Source of the DNA: Clostridia bacterium
GTDB taxonomy: Bacteria > Bacillota > Clostridia > Oscillospirales > CAG-272
Length of the DNA stretch: 64,000 nt
Direction: 5' to 3'
NCBI GenBank assembly: GCA_017407835.1
Contig: JAFQVV010000006.1
Coordinates: 5,809 to 69,808, forward strand
In this document: positions 49,340 to 58,786 of the stretch, one piece after another
Position numbering within the stretch: position 1 is the stretch's first letter
Layout of the letters: each line of letters starts with the position of its first letter
Notes under the pieces: generated by a model
What the model saw: the letters and a program-made list of their open reading frames with translations, nothing else
Database searches by the model: none
Told to the model about the DNA's origin: nothing
Position numbers and translations under genes: made by a program

Positions 49340-50452
49340 ATGATTAAACTTCTGCATTGCGGGGATATCCATCTGGACAGTCCCTTTTCCCTGCTCGAGC
49401 GCGAGGAAAGTCTCAGCCGTCGGGATGAGCTTCGCCGTACATTTTTGGAAATGCTCGCCTTTGCACAAAAAGAAGATGTGCGTGTTGTCCTCATTGCAGG
49501 CGACCTCTTTGACCACGGCTTTGCCACGGCAGATACGGTAAATCTGCTCTGCGATGCATTCTCTGCCATGAGCGACACCTATTTTGTCATCACCCCCGGC
49601 AATCACGACGCGGCTTCTGCGGGAAGCGCATATCTCAGCGAACGTTTCCCTGCCAATGTCACCGTTTTCACCGACGAGACACTGTCTTATGTAGATTATG
49701 ACGATCTCGCTCTGCGTGTCTGGGGATACGGCTTTACCGCCGAGCGGCTGGAAAAATCTCCCCTGATGGGACAGTCGCTGGCGGTTGAAGGAAAAACCGC
49801 CGTTCTCTGTGCCCATGCCGACCTTGGCGTTCCCCTCTCCAAATACGCCCCCCTCTCGTCGGCGGATCTCGCCGCAAGTGGACTCTGCTATGCGGCACTG
49901 GGGCATGTGCACAATCCGCCCGAGCCCAAGCGCTTCGGCAAAACACTGACCGCATATTCGGGCTGTCTGGTGGGCCGAAGCTATGATGAATGCGGCTTTG
50001 GCGGTGCAGTGCTTGTGGGCATTGAAGACGGAGATGTCGTGGAATGTAAGCGCGTTTCCTTCGCTCACCGCCGATACATAGTGGATGAACTGTCGGTAGA
50101 AGGTGCGGCATCGGATGACGATATCCTCTCCGCACTCAATCTGCATATTGCATCAGCGAGCTATGGCGAGGAAACCGCTCTGCGCGTCCTGCTTACCGGA
50201 CCGATTGATCCCAACTACACCCCCAACCTGACTGCCATCACCAAGCCTGCTTCGGCCAACCTCTGGCAGCTTGAACTCATTGATCAAACCCTGCCCATCT
50301 GGGGAAGCGACTATCTTGAGCGCGATCCCAGCATCCGGGGTGCACTTTACCGCACACTGCTTCCTGCCATGCAGACAGGCACGCCCGAGGAGCGCGCACG
50401 TGCTGTTGCCGCCCTTCGCCTGGGGTTGTCGGCTCTGGAAGGCAAGCTGTAA
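49340..50452 (+). CDS. SbcD/Mre11-like (YhaO-type) DNA repair exonuclease
   Basis: DIHL, AGDLFD, GNHD and LGHVH motifs. Confidence 0.9.
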   Translation: MIKLLHCGDIHLDSPFSLLEREESLSRRDELRRTFLEMLAFAQKEDVRVVLIAGDLFDHGFATADTVNLLCDAFSAMSDTYFVITPGNHDAASAGSAYLSERFPANVTVFTDETLSYVDYDDLALRVWGYGFTAERLEKSPLMGQSLAVEGKTAVLCAHADLGVPLSKYAPLSSADLAASGLCYAALGHVHNPPEPKRFGKTLTAYSGCLVGRSYDECGFGGAVLVGIEDGDVVECKRVSFAHRRYIVDELSVEGAASDDDILSALNLHIASASYGEETALRVLLTGPIDPNYTPNLTAITKPASANLWQLELIDQTLPIWGSDYLERDPSIRGALYRTLLPAMQTGTPEERARAVAALRLGLSALEGKL

Positions 50453-50478
50453 AATCCAAGCAAAAGGAAAAGACGGAT

Positions 50479-52794
50479 ATGCGAATTGTTTCCATACATA
50501 TAGACGAATTCGGCGTACTGGAAAACAGAGATTTTTCCTTTGCGGCGGGGATGAATATTCTCGAAGGCAAAAATGAGTCGGGAAAAAGCACCCTGCTCGC
50601 CTTCATTAAATTTATGCTGTACGGTGCCCCCGGGCGAACAGCGGGAGAAATCTTTCCCGAGCGCACTCGTCGCCTGAACTGGCGAACGGGGCGCGCTGCC
50701 GGCAGCATGACGGTCTTCATTGAAGCCGATCAGCGCGAATATCGCATTGAACGTTCACTGGCGCGCACAGTCAGCGGAAGTGCCGAATCAAGCCGTGAGA
50801 GTTTTGTGGAAAGTCTGCAGATTATTGATCTTACCGACGGTTCTCCCCTCCCCCGCGGCACCCAGCCCGGGGAGCATTTTCTTGGCGTTCCCGCGTCGGT
50901 CTTTGAGAGCACTGCTTTCGTCCGTCAGCTGGGCTGTACGGGCATTGACGGCCCAGAAGTCAGCGAAGCCCTCGAGAATCTGCTCACATCGGCCAATGAA
51001 TCGAACAACACGGCGCGGGCACTCTCCCGCCTTGATGCCGCCCGCAAATCCCTGCTGCACAAAAACGGACGGGGCGGTGAAATCTACACCCTGCAGAACG
51101 ATCGCGCGGTCATCGCCGAGCGGCTGGCACGTGCCAAGGCCGCAGGCAGCGAGCGCATCGCTGCGCAAACGCATCTGGACGCGCTGATCAAATCGGGGGC
51201 TGAAACCGGCGAGAAGCTGACACAAATCTCCGCGCTCTATGCGGCACGGGAGGCATCAACACTGCTGTTCCGCTTTGAGAGTCTGCACGCATTGGAAAGC
51301 AAGACCGATGCCCTGCGCACCGAACTCTCCGCCCTGTACGCCGCCGAAGGTGCGGGGGATTTCTTCCCCAGCCGCACATACGCGGCACAGCTGCGTGATG
51401 TCGAGCGGCGCATCGCCTCTGCCGAAACCGAGTATGCCCGTATCGAGACCGAGCTTGCCCGTATGCGCTATGAACAGCCCTGCAGCCGCACACAGGCAGC
51501 GCAGGCAGCCGAAATCCGCACGGCAGGCGGCGTTGACGCGCTGACGGGGCATTATGCCGAACTGGCGCACACTGCAAAGTCGATGCGTACACTCGCCATT
51601 CTTCTCTTCGTGCTCGGCGCCCTCTTTCTCATCGGCGGAGCTGTGCTCTGGTATTTGATGCCGACCGTTGCGGGATATCTGCCTATGCTTCTCTCGCTTC
51701 CCATGCTGGCAGGCGGCGTTGCCGCGCTGTCCGCTTCCCGCCGCCGTCGGACTGAGCGCGATGCGCTCTGCCGCAAATACGGCATGTCGGGTGACGCAGG
51801 TGAGGTGGCATTTGCCGATTGGCTCAACGCCTGCTTTGGGGCCGAGGAACAGATCAAAGGCTATGAAGAGGTACTGGCACAGATTGAAGACGAATTGAAT
51901 GCACGGCAAACAGCACTTGACACCCTGCGCGGCGAAGCTGCCGATGCACTGGAAAAATGGGGAATTACCGTCCGCGACGGTGGGCTGAACGAGACACTGT
52001 CGACTGCCATTCCACGTGCCGAGCGTGCGGCAGATACTGCGGATAATTTAATGCGCGATCTGGACAAATACAGCATTACCATGCAAAATATTCGTACCGA
52101 GCTTGAGGATCATGATGAGGAAGTCCTGCGCAGCCGTGTGGCGGCAGTCGATGTTGATCCCGCCGGACTGAACATCACCGCACTGCATCGCGAACATGAT
52201 TCTCTGGTACAGGCGGTAAATGAAATTGAGCATCAGCGCATCGAAACCGAAAAAAGACTGATTGCGCTTGATGCAACCGCAGAAGATCCTATCCATCTTG
52301 CCGCACAGCTTGAAGCAATTGACCGACGGATTGCCGAGCTGACGGCACGGCATGATGCCATTCAGCTTGCCGCCGCTTCTCTGGCCGATGCCGCAGAATC
52401 AATGCGCCGCGGCATCATCCCGCGTCTGCGCACACGGGCAGGTGAGCTGCTTTCCTCGATCACAAACGGTCGTTACGCCGGCATCGGACTCGGCCACGGC
52501 TTGTCCATGACCGTTGAAACGGCTGATGCAACCCGCCCCGTTGAACTGCTCTCCTCGGGCACAGGCGACGCCGCCTATCTGGCACTGCGTCTGTCCCTGC
52601 TTGAGCTGCTCTTTCCCAATGAACGTCCCCCCATTCTGCTCGATGAAAGTCTCGCTCAGCTGGACAACACCCGTGCCGCCGCGCTTCTCGCCATGCTGGA
52701 GAAAAAGACGCGCGAAGGTGCGCAATGCCTGATCTTCACCTGCCACCCCCGTGAGGCACAGATGGTCGAAGCCGAGCATATCCTGCTGGGGTAA
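50479..52794 (+). CDS. YhaN-like SMC/AAA ATPase with internal TM hairpin
   Basis: GKNESGKST, long coiled coils, two TM helices, LSSGT signature, LLDE and TCH motifs. Confidence 0.85.
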   Translation: MRIVSIHIDEFGVLENRDFSFAAGMNILEGKNESGKSTLLAFIKFMLYGAPGRTAGEIFPERTRRLNWRTGRAAGSMTVFIEADQREYRIERSLARTVSGSAESSRESFVESLQIIDLTDGSPLPRGTQPGEHFLGVPASVFESTAFVRQLGCTGIDGPEVSEALENLLTSANESNNTARALSRLDAARKSLLHKNGRGGEIYTLQNDRAVIAERLARAKAAGSERIAAQTHLDALIKSGAETGEKLTQISALYAAREASTLLFRFESLHALESKTDALRTELSALYAAEGAGDFFPSRTYAAQLRDVERRIASAETEYARIETELARMRYEQPCSRTQAAQAAEIRTAGGVDALTGHYAELAHTAKSMRTLAILLFVLGALFLIGGAVLWYLMPTVAGYLPMLLSLPMLAGGVAALSASRRRRTERDALCRKYGMSGDAGEVAFADWLNACFGAEEQIKGYEEVLAQIEDELNARQTALDTLRGEAADALEKWGITVRDGGLNETLSTAIPRAERAADTADNLMRDLDKYSITMQNIRTELEDHDEEVLRSRVAAVDVDPAGLNITALHREHDSLVQAVNEIEHQRIETEKRLIALDATAEDPIHLAAQLEAIDRRIAELTARHDAIQLAAASLADAAESMRRGIIPRLRTRAGELLSSITNGRYAGIGLGHGLSMTVETADATRPVELLSSGTGDAAYLALRLSLLELLFPNERPPILLDESLAQLDNTRAAALLAMLEKKTREGAQCLIFTCHPREAQMVEAEHILLG

Positions 52795-52864
52795 CCACAC
52801 AAATGATGCAACGGTCGAGCAGTTTGCTCGACCGTTACGCCATCCGCAATCTCGGAGGTATTGT

Positions 52865-53668
52865 ATGCAACTCGTCACCGCCCCAAACGGGGTTTGCTAT
52901 CTGCGATCCGATCTGATCGCCTTTCCCCACGGATTCTCCACGCGGGTGGGCGGGGTAAGCACGCTTCCGCACACCGCGTCCCTCAACCTTGCTTTCGGAC
53001 GAGGGGATGCGGATGCCGTCGTGCTGACCAACCTTGCCCGCTTCACCGAAGCGGTGGGCGTACCGGGCGAGGTAATCTCCCTGCCGCAGGTTCACTCTGC
53101 CGATGTTCGCATTGTCGGAGAGGCAGACCGCGGGCTTGGCTATTTTCACCCCGCCAAGGACGCCTGTGACGGCTATGTCACGGCAGACAAAGGGGTAAGC
53201 ATCGGGGTTAAGACCGCCGACTGCGTACCCATTTTATTGGCCGATGAAGAAGCAGGGGTTGTGGGCGCACTGCACGCCGGGTGGCGCGGTACGGTTGCGG
53301 GCATTGCCCGTGTTGGCGTTGCACGCATGATCTCCCTTGGTGCAGATCCCGCACGCATCAAAGCCGCAATCGGTCCGGCAATCGGGAGCTGCTGCTATAC
53401 CGTGGGAGAGGATTTCTGCCGCGCTGTGGCAGGCTCCCCCTGCGCCAATCTTTGCCTGCCACATATTTACCGCCGAGAAGAGCAGCCCACCGCCGATCTG
53501 CCTGCCATGAATGTCGCCATTCTGCGCTCTGCCGGCCTTCGGGAGGAAAATATCGACTGCACCCACCTCTGTACCTGCTGCCGAACCGATCTCTTCTACT
53601 CTCACCGCGCAAGCCAAGGTCTGCGGGGCACCATGCTCAACCTCATCGCCATCCCGAAAGGAGAATGA
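52865..53668 (+). CDS. pgeF: Peptidoglycan editing factor / purine nucleoside phosphorylase (YfiH family)
   Basis: HGFSTRVGGVS, QVH, TADCVP, HAGWRG and FYSHR motifs. Confidence 0.93.
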   Translation: MQLVTAPNGVCYLRSDLIAFPHGFSTRVGGVSTLPHTASLNLAFGRGDADAVVLTNLARFTEAVGVPGEVISLPQVHSADVRIVGEADRGLGYFHPAKDACDGYVTADKGVSIGVKTADCVPILLADEEAGVVGALHAGWRGTVAGIARVGVARMISLGADPARIKAAIGPAIGSCCYTVGEDFCRAVAGSPCANLCLPHIYRREEQPTADLPAMNVAILRSAGLREENIDCTHLCTCCRTDLFYSHRASQGLRGTMLNLIAIPKGE

Positions 53669-55053
53669 CCGTGCGAATCTACGATGCCCTCTCGACCTAC
53701 AGCAAAAAGGATGCCGTTCCCATGCACATGCCGGGGCACAAACGCTATGCATATGATTACTTAGTCGGCGCCCCCCTGGACATCACCGAGATCGACGGTT
53801 TTGACGATCTCCACGACGCGGATGGGCTTCTGCGCGAAGCCATGGACAATGCCGCCCGAGTTTGGGGGAGCCGCCACGCCTTCTTCTGCGTCAACGGCAG
53901 CACGGGGGGCATTTTGGCTGCCATCCACGCCTGTGCCCCGCGGGGAAAGAAAATCCTCGTCGCGCAGAACTGCCACAAATCGGTGTGGCACGCCATCGAA
54001 CTCTGTCAGCTGATGCCTGTCCACATCTCTCCGCCGGTGGAGGAAGATTTTGATATCTTCGCATCAATCGACGCTAAAGTGGTGGAGAATACGCTGGATG
54101 AGAATCAAAACATTGCCGCCGTGGTGATCACATCCCCCACCTACGAGGGTGTGATCTCAGATATTTCCGCCATCTGCGCCGCCGCGCACCAACACAACGT
54201 GCCCGTGATCGTGGACGAAGCGCACGGCGCGCATCTCGGCTTCGCACCATTCCCCGACGGTGCGGTTCGGGCGGGAGCGGATATTGTGGTACAGAGTCTG
54301 CACAAAACCCTCCCCAGTCTGACGCAAACCGCCATCGTCCATCTTTGCGGTGATCTCATTGATCCTGCCGTCTTCCGGCGGAGCAAAAATCTCCTCGAGA
54401 CCAGCAGTCCCTCTTATCTGCTCATGGCATCCTGTGACGGATGTGCGCATCTGCTCGGCAGCGATACCGAACCGCTTAACGGCTGGGCTAATGTGTTGGA
54501 TCTTTTCTATGCGCGCACAGCGAAATTGCGTCATTTGCGCATCTTCCGTCCCCGGGGGCGGGGGAGCGTATTTGCTCACGATCCGAGCAAAATTGTCATT
54601 TCCACCCGTGGCACCTCCATGACCGGCGTGGAGTTGATGCGGCGGCTGCGGGAGGAATTTGCCATTGAGCTTGAGATGGCCTCGGGGGATTATGTCCTGG
54701 CCATGACGGGATTTGGCACAACACGCGAGCATATCACCCGCCTGTCCGACGCGCTCAAGGCGATCGATGAGACACTCACCGTCTCCGCACAGCCCGCTCC
54801 CATCCTGCTTCCACCTCCTGCCGAGCAGGTCATGCGTCCCGCCGATGCGGTAGCAGCTCCAAAGCTCTGCCTGCCTGTGGACAGTACCGAGGGGGAGATC
54901 GCTGCCGACTATCTGTGGGCCTATCCCCCCGGAATCCCCCTCCTTGCCCCCGGCCAGCGCATCAATCGCGCCGTGCTGGATGCCATTGTCGCCCTGCGGG
55001 TGCGGGGGGTAGTACTGCGGGAGGAGATTGATGTGGTGGAAGAGAGCCTATGA
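53665..55053 (+). CDS. PLP-dependent Orn/Lys/Arg decarboxylase
   Basis: HMPGHK, VNGST, DEAHGAH, QSLHKT and YPPGIP motifs. Confidence 0.9.
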   Translation: MTVRIYDALSTYSKKDAVPMHMPGHKRYAYDYLVGAPLDITEIDGFDDLHDADGLLREAMDNAARVWGSRHAFFCVNGSTGGILAAIHACAPRGKKILVAQNCHKSVWHAIELCQLMPVHISPPVEEDFDIFASIDAKVVENTLDENQNIAAVVITSPTYEGVISDISAICAAAHQHNVPVIVDEAHGAHLGFAPFPDGAVRAGADIVVQSLHKTLPSLTQTAIVHLCGDLIDPAVFRRSKNLLETSSPSYLLMASCDGCAHLLGSDTEPLNGWANVLDLFYARTAKLRHLRIFRPRGRGSVFAHDPSKIVISTRGTSMTGVELMRRLREEFAIELEMASGDYVLAMTGFGTTREHITRLSDALKAIDETLTVSAQPAPILLPPPAEQVMRPADAVAAPKLCLPVDSTEGEIAADYLWAYPPGIPLLAPGQRINRAVLDAIVALRVRGVVLREEIDVVEESL

Positions 55054-55056
55054 TTT

Positions 55057-55132
55057 CCCCTTGGCTTTACCCCCGACTCCGACCAAGGGACTTTTTCTTG
55101 AAAAAACCTTGGGAGACCTGAAAAAACTTTTA
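55057..55132 (+). repeat. Intergenic palindromic repeat, copy B (degenerate)
   Basis: CCAAGGGACTTTTTCTTGAAAAAACCTTGG core shared with copy C. Confidence 0.65.
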
Positions 55133-55277
55133 GAAAAAAGGATACCGCTCTGAGGGCGATATCCTTTTTCTCTTTTCAAAAGTGCAAAATTTCCCTTGAT
55201 TAGCTTGGCACAATTTACAACTTTTCATCCTGCATTTTGTGCATCCGTACAAAACTCTACATTTATAGAAACTATAG

Positions 55278-55306
55278 TTGACAAACGTAGAGCGAACGAG
55301 TATAAT
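55278..55306 (+). promoter_or_regulatory. Sigma-A promoter
   Basis: TTGACA-17 bp-TATAAT. Confidence 0.8.
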
Positions 55307-55367
55307 AAAAGCAGGGGCGGGAAATTTCCCGTAACAAACGCACACCATTCACCCGAAGGAGGCCGTT

Positions 55368-56579
55368 ATGAAACGCATCTTACCGATTTTTCTTGTCATG
55401 GTTCTCGTACTTCTGCCCTGCTGCAGCGAAAAACCGGATATGGAACTGCCGGGGCAGGACGAAATCCACACCTCGCGGGTGGTTTCCCGATGTATTGCGG
55501 AATACGGTGATTATGTGTATTTCCAAAAGGACGGCAGACTGATGCGGTACAACCGCAAAACAGAGGAAATGCAGACACTCTGCACCGATCCTAACTGCAA
55601 TGCCGAGTGTTTTTTCTGTTCGCCAATACAGGAAACAACACAGGTGGTCGACGGCAGACTGTACAGCTATTATATGCGGATCTGGGACCACGAATATGTA
55701 TATGCCTACTGGGATCTGGCCACCAACGAAGTGAAGGTTTTGCTGACGCTGCCCGAGGCTGAGACAGCTGAGATATGGCCGCCTGTTCTGCACGGGGGGT
55801 ATCTCTACTATACGGGACAGTATCTGCGGGAAGGTGGGTCCGCCGAAAATCCCGATGATTATCAGCCCTATGTGGGGCGCGTTCCCATGGATGGGGGAAA
55901 ACCCGAAGTAATGTGCCCTCTGGAATCCCGTTACCAAGAAATCCTGCTGGCAGTTACCGACAGCAAGGCCATCACTTCCCTCAACTACTGTCTCTACGCC
56001 ACGGATTTTGACACCGATGAACGCAGTCTGCTTTTTGACCCCGAGGAGCACGGCCTGGCCCGCCGTTATGAGTGGTACAGTTATTTGGACGGTTATCTCT
56101 ATATGCTGTACCATGCACCGGGTTTTTCCGAGGAAAAGCTGGTTTATGAAGATATTGTGACACCCGGCAAATGCGGCTATCAGTTTCTGGTCAAGATCGA
56201 CATTCAAACGGGAGAGATGACCCAACTGCTGGATGAGCGGATAGATCACTTCTGGCTGACGGAGGATACCATCTACTACACCGAGCTGGGCTTCCGCGTA
56301 TTTTACATTCCCGAGGATTACGAAACAAATCCGAATGCCTCGATGGGCTTAACCCTCTCTCTGGACACCCTTTACGCCTGCGACCTGGACGGAAGCAACC
56401 GCCGGGCGGTCTATACCGATCCCCTCACGATTTTCTCCTATAAAGGCACCATAATCGATAACTGCTATTACGGCAATCTATACGTACATGACGAAACACA
56501 GCACAAAACAAACTACGACGTATATGGGAAAATTGATTTCACCACGGGCGAGTTTACCCCTGCCGTGATCGAAGAATGA
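55368..56579 (+). CDS. Secreted/lipoprotein with probable beta-propeller fold
   Basis: AAGGAGG RBS; signal peptide ending LPCC; repeated Tyr-rich blades (GYLYY, GYLYM, DTIYY), LCTDPNC and DLDGSN motifs. Confidence 0.75.
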   Translation: MKRILPIFLVMVLVLLPCCSEKPDMELPGQDEIHTSRVVSRCIAEYGDYVYFQKDGRLMRYNRKTEEMQTLCTDPNCNAECFFCSPIQETTQVVDGRLYSYYMRIWDHEYVYAYWDLATNEVKVLLTLPEAETAEIWPPVLHGGYLYYTGQYLREGGSAENPDDYQPYVGRVPMDGGKPEVMCPLESRYQEILLAVTDSKAITSLNYCLYATDFDTDERSLLFDPEEHGLARRYEWYSYLDGYLYMLYHAPGFSEEKLVYEDIVTPGKCGYQFLVKIDIQTGEMTQLLDERIDHFWLTEDTIYYTELGFRVFYIPEDYETNPNASMGLTLSLDTLYACDLDGSNRRAVYTDPLTIFSYKGTIIDNCYYGNLYVHDETQHKTNYDVYGKIDFTTGEFTPAVIEE

Positions 56580-56587
56580 TGTATATG

Positions 56588-56662
56588 CCCGGGGCCTTTC
56601 CCCGGACTCTACCAAAGGAACTTTTTCTTGAAAAAGTTCCTTTGGTAACCTCAAAAAGCTTT
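56588..56662 (+). repeat. Intergenic palindromic repeat, copy C
   Basis: CCGGGGCCTTTCCCCGG + ACCAAAGGAACTTTTTCTTGAAAAAGTTCCTTTGGT + AAAAGCTTT. Confidence 0.7.
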
Positions 56663-56707
56663 CCCCCAAAGAAACAGGAGTGAACCGAGAGGTTCACTCC
56701 TGTTTCT

Positions 56708-58147
56708 TTATCCGCAATGGGTGCCGTCGCAGTCGCCGCAGGATGAGCAGTCACCGCAGGCGATCTCGCCGCCATCGGCGGCATCGGCCACCTGAAGCAT
56801 GATGGCGCATTCCATACGCTTCTTGAACAGCTCACAGCCGTACTTGTATGTACCGGTGATTGAGCCGGTGGCATGGTAGGCGTTGGCGGCGCATCCGCCG
56901 GCGCACCAGAGCCTTGCCCAGCAGTCAGCGCATTCGGGCTTGGCGTAGACGTTGCACTGTCTGAACTCGTCCCGCAGGGCTTCCTTCTTCACGCCGTCCC
57001 AGATGTTGCCCATGCAGAAGCGCTCGTCACCGACGAACTGGTGGCAGGGGTAGAGGTCGCCCCAGGGGGTGACGGCAAAATACTCGCTGCCCGAACCGCA
57101 TCCCGCCACCCGCTTATAGATGCAGGGGCCGTGGGTCAGGTCGATCATGTAGTGGTAGAAGGTAAAGGGACGTCCCTCGCGCTTGCGGCGCAGCATTTCC
57201 TTCGCCAGGATCTCGTACTGCTCGAAGAGGATGGGCAAATCCTCCTCGGTGAGGGCGCTGGGATCGTCGGGAGAGCAAACCACCGGTTCCATACTCAGCT
57301 GGTCAAAGCCGAGGTCGGCCATGTGGAAGATATCGTTGGTAAAGTCGGTGTTGTGGTGGGTGAAGGTGCCGCGCATATAGTAGCCCTCACCGCCCCGGCT
57401 CTCCACGAAACGCTTAAACTTGGGAACGATGTTGGCATAGCTTCCCTTGCCTGCGTAGTCCACGCGGAAGCGGTCATGCACCTCAGGGCGGCCGTCAAGC
57501 GAGAGCACGACATTATGCATCTCGCGATTGCAGAAGTCGATGACATCATCATCGACCAGCACGCCGTTGGTGGTGAGGGTGAAGCGGAAGTTCTTGCCTG
57601 CCGCCTGCTCGATGGAGCGAGCGTACTCGACCAACTGTTTGACCACGTCCCAGTTCATCAGCGGCTCACCGCCGAAGAAGTCCACCTCAAGGTTTCGGCG
57701 TCCGGTGGAATTCTCCACCAGAAAATCCAGCGCACGCTTACCGGTCTCGAAGGACATGAGGGCGCGGTCGCCGTGATATTTGCCCTGGCTGGCAAAGCAG
57801 TAGGAGCAATTGAGGTTGCAGGTATGGGCGATGTGCAGGCAGAGTGCCTTGATGCAGGTATTGTTGGCTTTCAGGTTGACCGCCGCATCCCGGAAGGTGT
57901 CGTCAGAGAAGAGCTTTCCTGCATCCCGCAAGGCGGTGATATCCTCATAGCAGGCCGCAAGCTCGGCCTCGTTCACGTCCTCCAGATGGCCGTATTTTGC
58001 CATCATGGATGCGATCAGCGCATCGCGGGGGGTATCGGCGTAAGCGGCGATCATGTCATAGGCCACCTCATCCACCACATGGACCGAGCCGCTGTTGACG
58101 TCCAGGACGATATTGCATCCGTTAAGTTTATACTGGTGAATCATCAT
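56708..58147 (-). CDS. scfB: SCIFF (ranthipeptide) radical SAM/SPASM maturase
   Basis: IVLDVNSGSVH N-terminus, CNLNCSYC, DFFGGEP, SPASM cysteines; adjacent to SCIFF peptide. Confidence 0.96.
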   Translation of the reverse strand: MMIHQYKLNGCNIVLDVNSGSVHVVDEVAYDMIAAYADTPRDALIASMMAKYGHLEDVNEAELAACYEDITALRDAGKLFSDDTFRDAAVNLKANNTCIKALCLHIAHTCNLNCSYCFASQGKYHGDRALMSFETGKRALDFLVENSTGRRNLEVDFFGGEPLMNWDVVKQLVEYARSIEQAAGKNFRFTLTTNGVLVDDDVIDFCNREMHNVVLSLDGRPEVHDRFRVDYAGKGSYANIVPKFKRFVESRGGEGYYMRGTFTHHNTDFTNDIFHMADLGFDQLSMEPVVCSPDDPSALTEEDLPILFEQYEILAKEMLRRKREGRPFTFYHYMIDLTHGPCIYKRVAGCGSGSEYFAVTPWGDLYPCHQFVGDERFCMGNIWDGVKKEALRDEFRQCNVYAKPECADCWARLWCAGGCAANAYHATGSITGTYKYGCELFKKRMECAIMLQVADAADGGEIACGDCSSCGDCDGTHCG

Positions 58148-58226
58148 TTTCTCCGTTGATCTTTCTCTCAAATGGCGAGGGCAGAAAAATACCGCCCATG
58201 GGGGGGCGGTATTTTTCTGCCAACAC

Positions 58227-58379
58227 TTATTTCTTGGCGTTCTTGTTTTCGCACTTCTGATTGGCAACACCGCAGGAGGTCTTGCAAGCCGACTGGCAGG
58301 AGGTCTGGCACTCGCCGCAGCCGCCGTTCTTGACGCTCTTTGCGAGGTCACGAGTGGTAATGGTCTGAATTCTCTTCAT
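58227..58379 (-). CDS. scfA: Six-cysteine SCIFF ranthipeptide precursor
   Basis: GGCGECQTSCQSACKTSCGVANQKCE signature. Confidence 0.97.
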   Translation of the reverse strand: MKRIQTITTRDLAKSVKNGGCGECQTSCQSACKTSCGVANQKCENKNAKK

Positions 58380-58535
58380 GATGTAACCCTCTTTCGAGAT
58401 GGAATATGGATAGTTTATTATACCATGCAATCCGGAGATTGTCAAGATTCCGCGCGAATTTTCTCGGATTTATTCTTCGATGCCCCCAAGATAACCCTCT
58501 CACATACATCCCCATGAATATTTTTTCAAAACCTC

Positions 58536-58564
58536 TTGACAAGACGGTAGGTTTGTGCTATGAT
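58536..58564 (+). promoter_or_regulatory. Sigma-A promoter of the aro-phe operon
   Basis: TTGACA-17 bp-TATGAT with TG extension. Confidence 0.85.
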
Positions 58565-58624
58565 AAACCGCAGATAGCTCTCTATCACGGTAAAGTCCCG
58601 TTATCGGAAGGAAACGAAAAGAAA

Positions 58625-58720
58625 ATGAATCTCATCTGCTCTGCATACTTTTTCTTTTTCTTTTTTAGCTTTGCGTTTTATTTTCGCAAGGCCTTTTGTC
58701 GTTCCACTGCCGAAGCATGA
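58625..58720 (+). CDS. Phe/Tyr-rich attenuator leader peptide (31 aa)
   Basis: MNLICSAYFFFFFFSFAFYFRKAFCRSTAEA with 10 Phe and 2 Tyr; lies between promoter and terminator upstream of aroF. Confidence 0.8.
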   Translation: MNLICSAYFFFFFFSFAFYFRKAFCRSTAEA

Positions 58721-58752
58721 TATAACGGGCAACACCGTCACATCAAACGACC

Positions 58753-58786
58753 AGCCGCAGTGAAACGACACTGCGGCTTTTCTGTT
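58753..58786 (+). terminator. Attenuator terminator of the aro-phe operon
   Basis: AGCCGCAGTG-AAACGA-CACTGCGGCT followed by TTTCTGTT; alternative pairing with 58697-58710. Confidence 0.85.
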
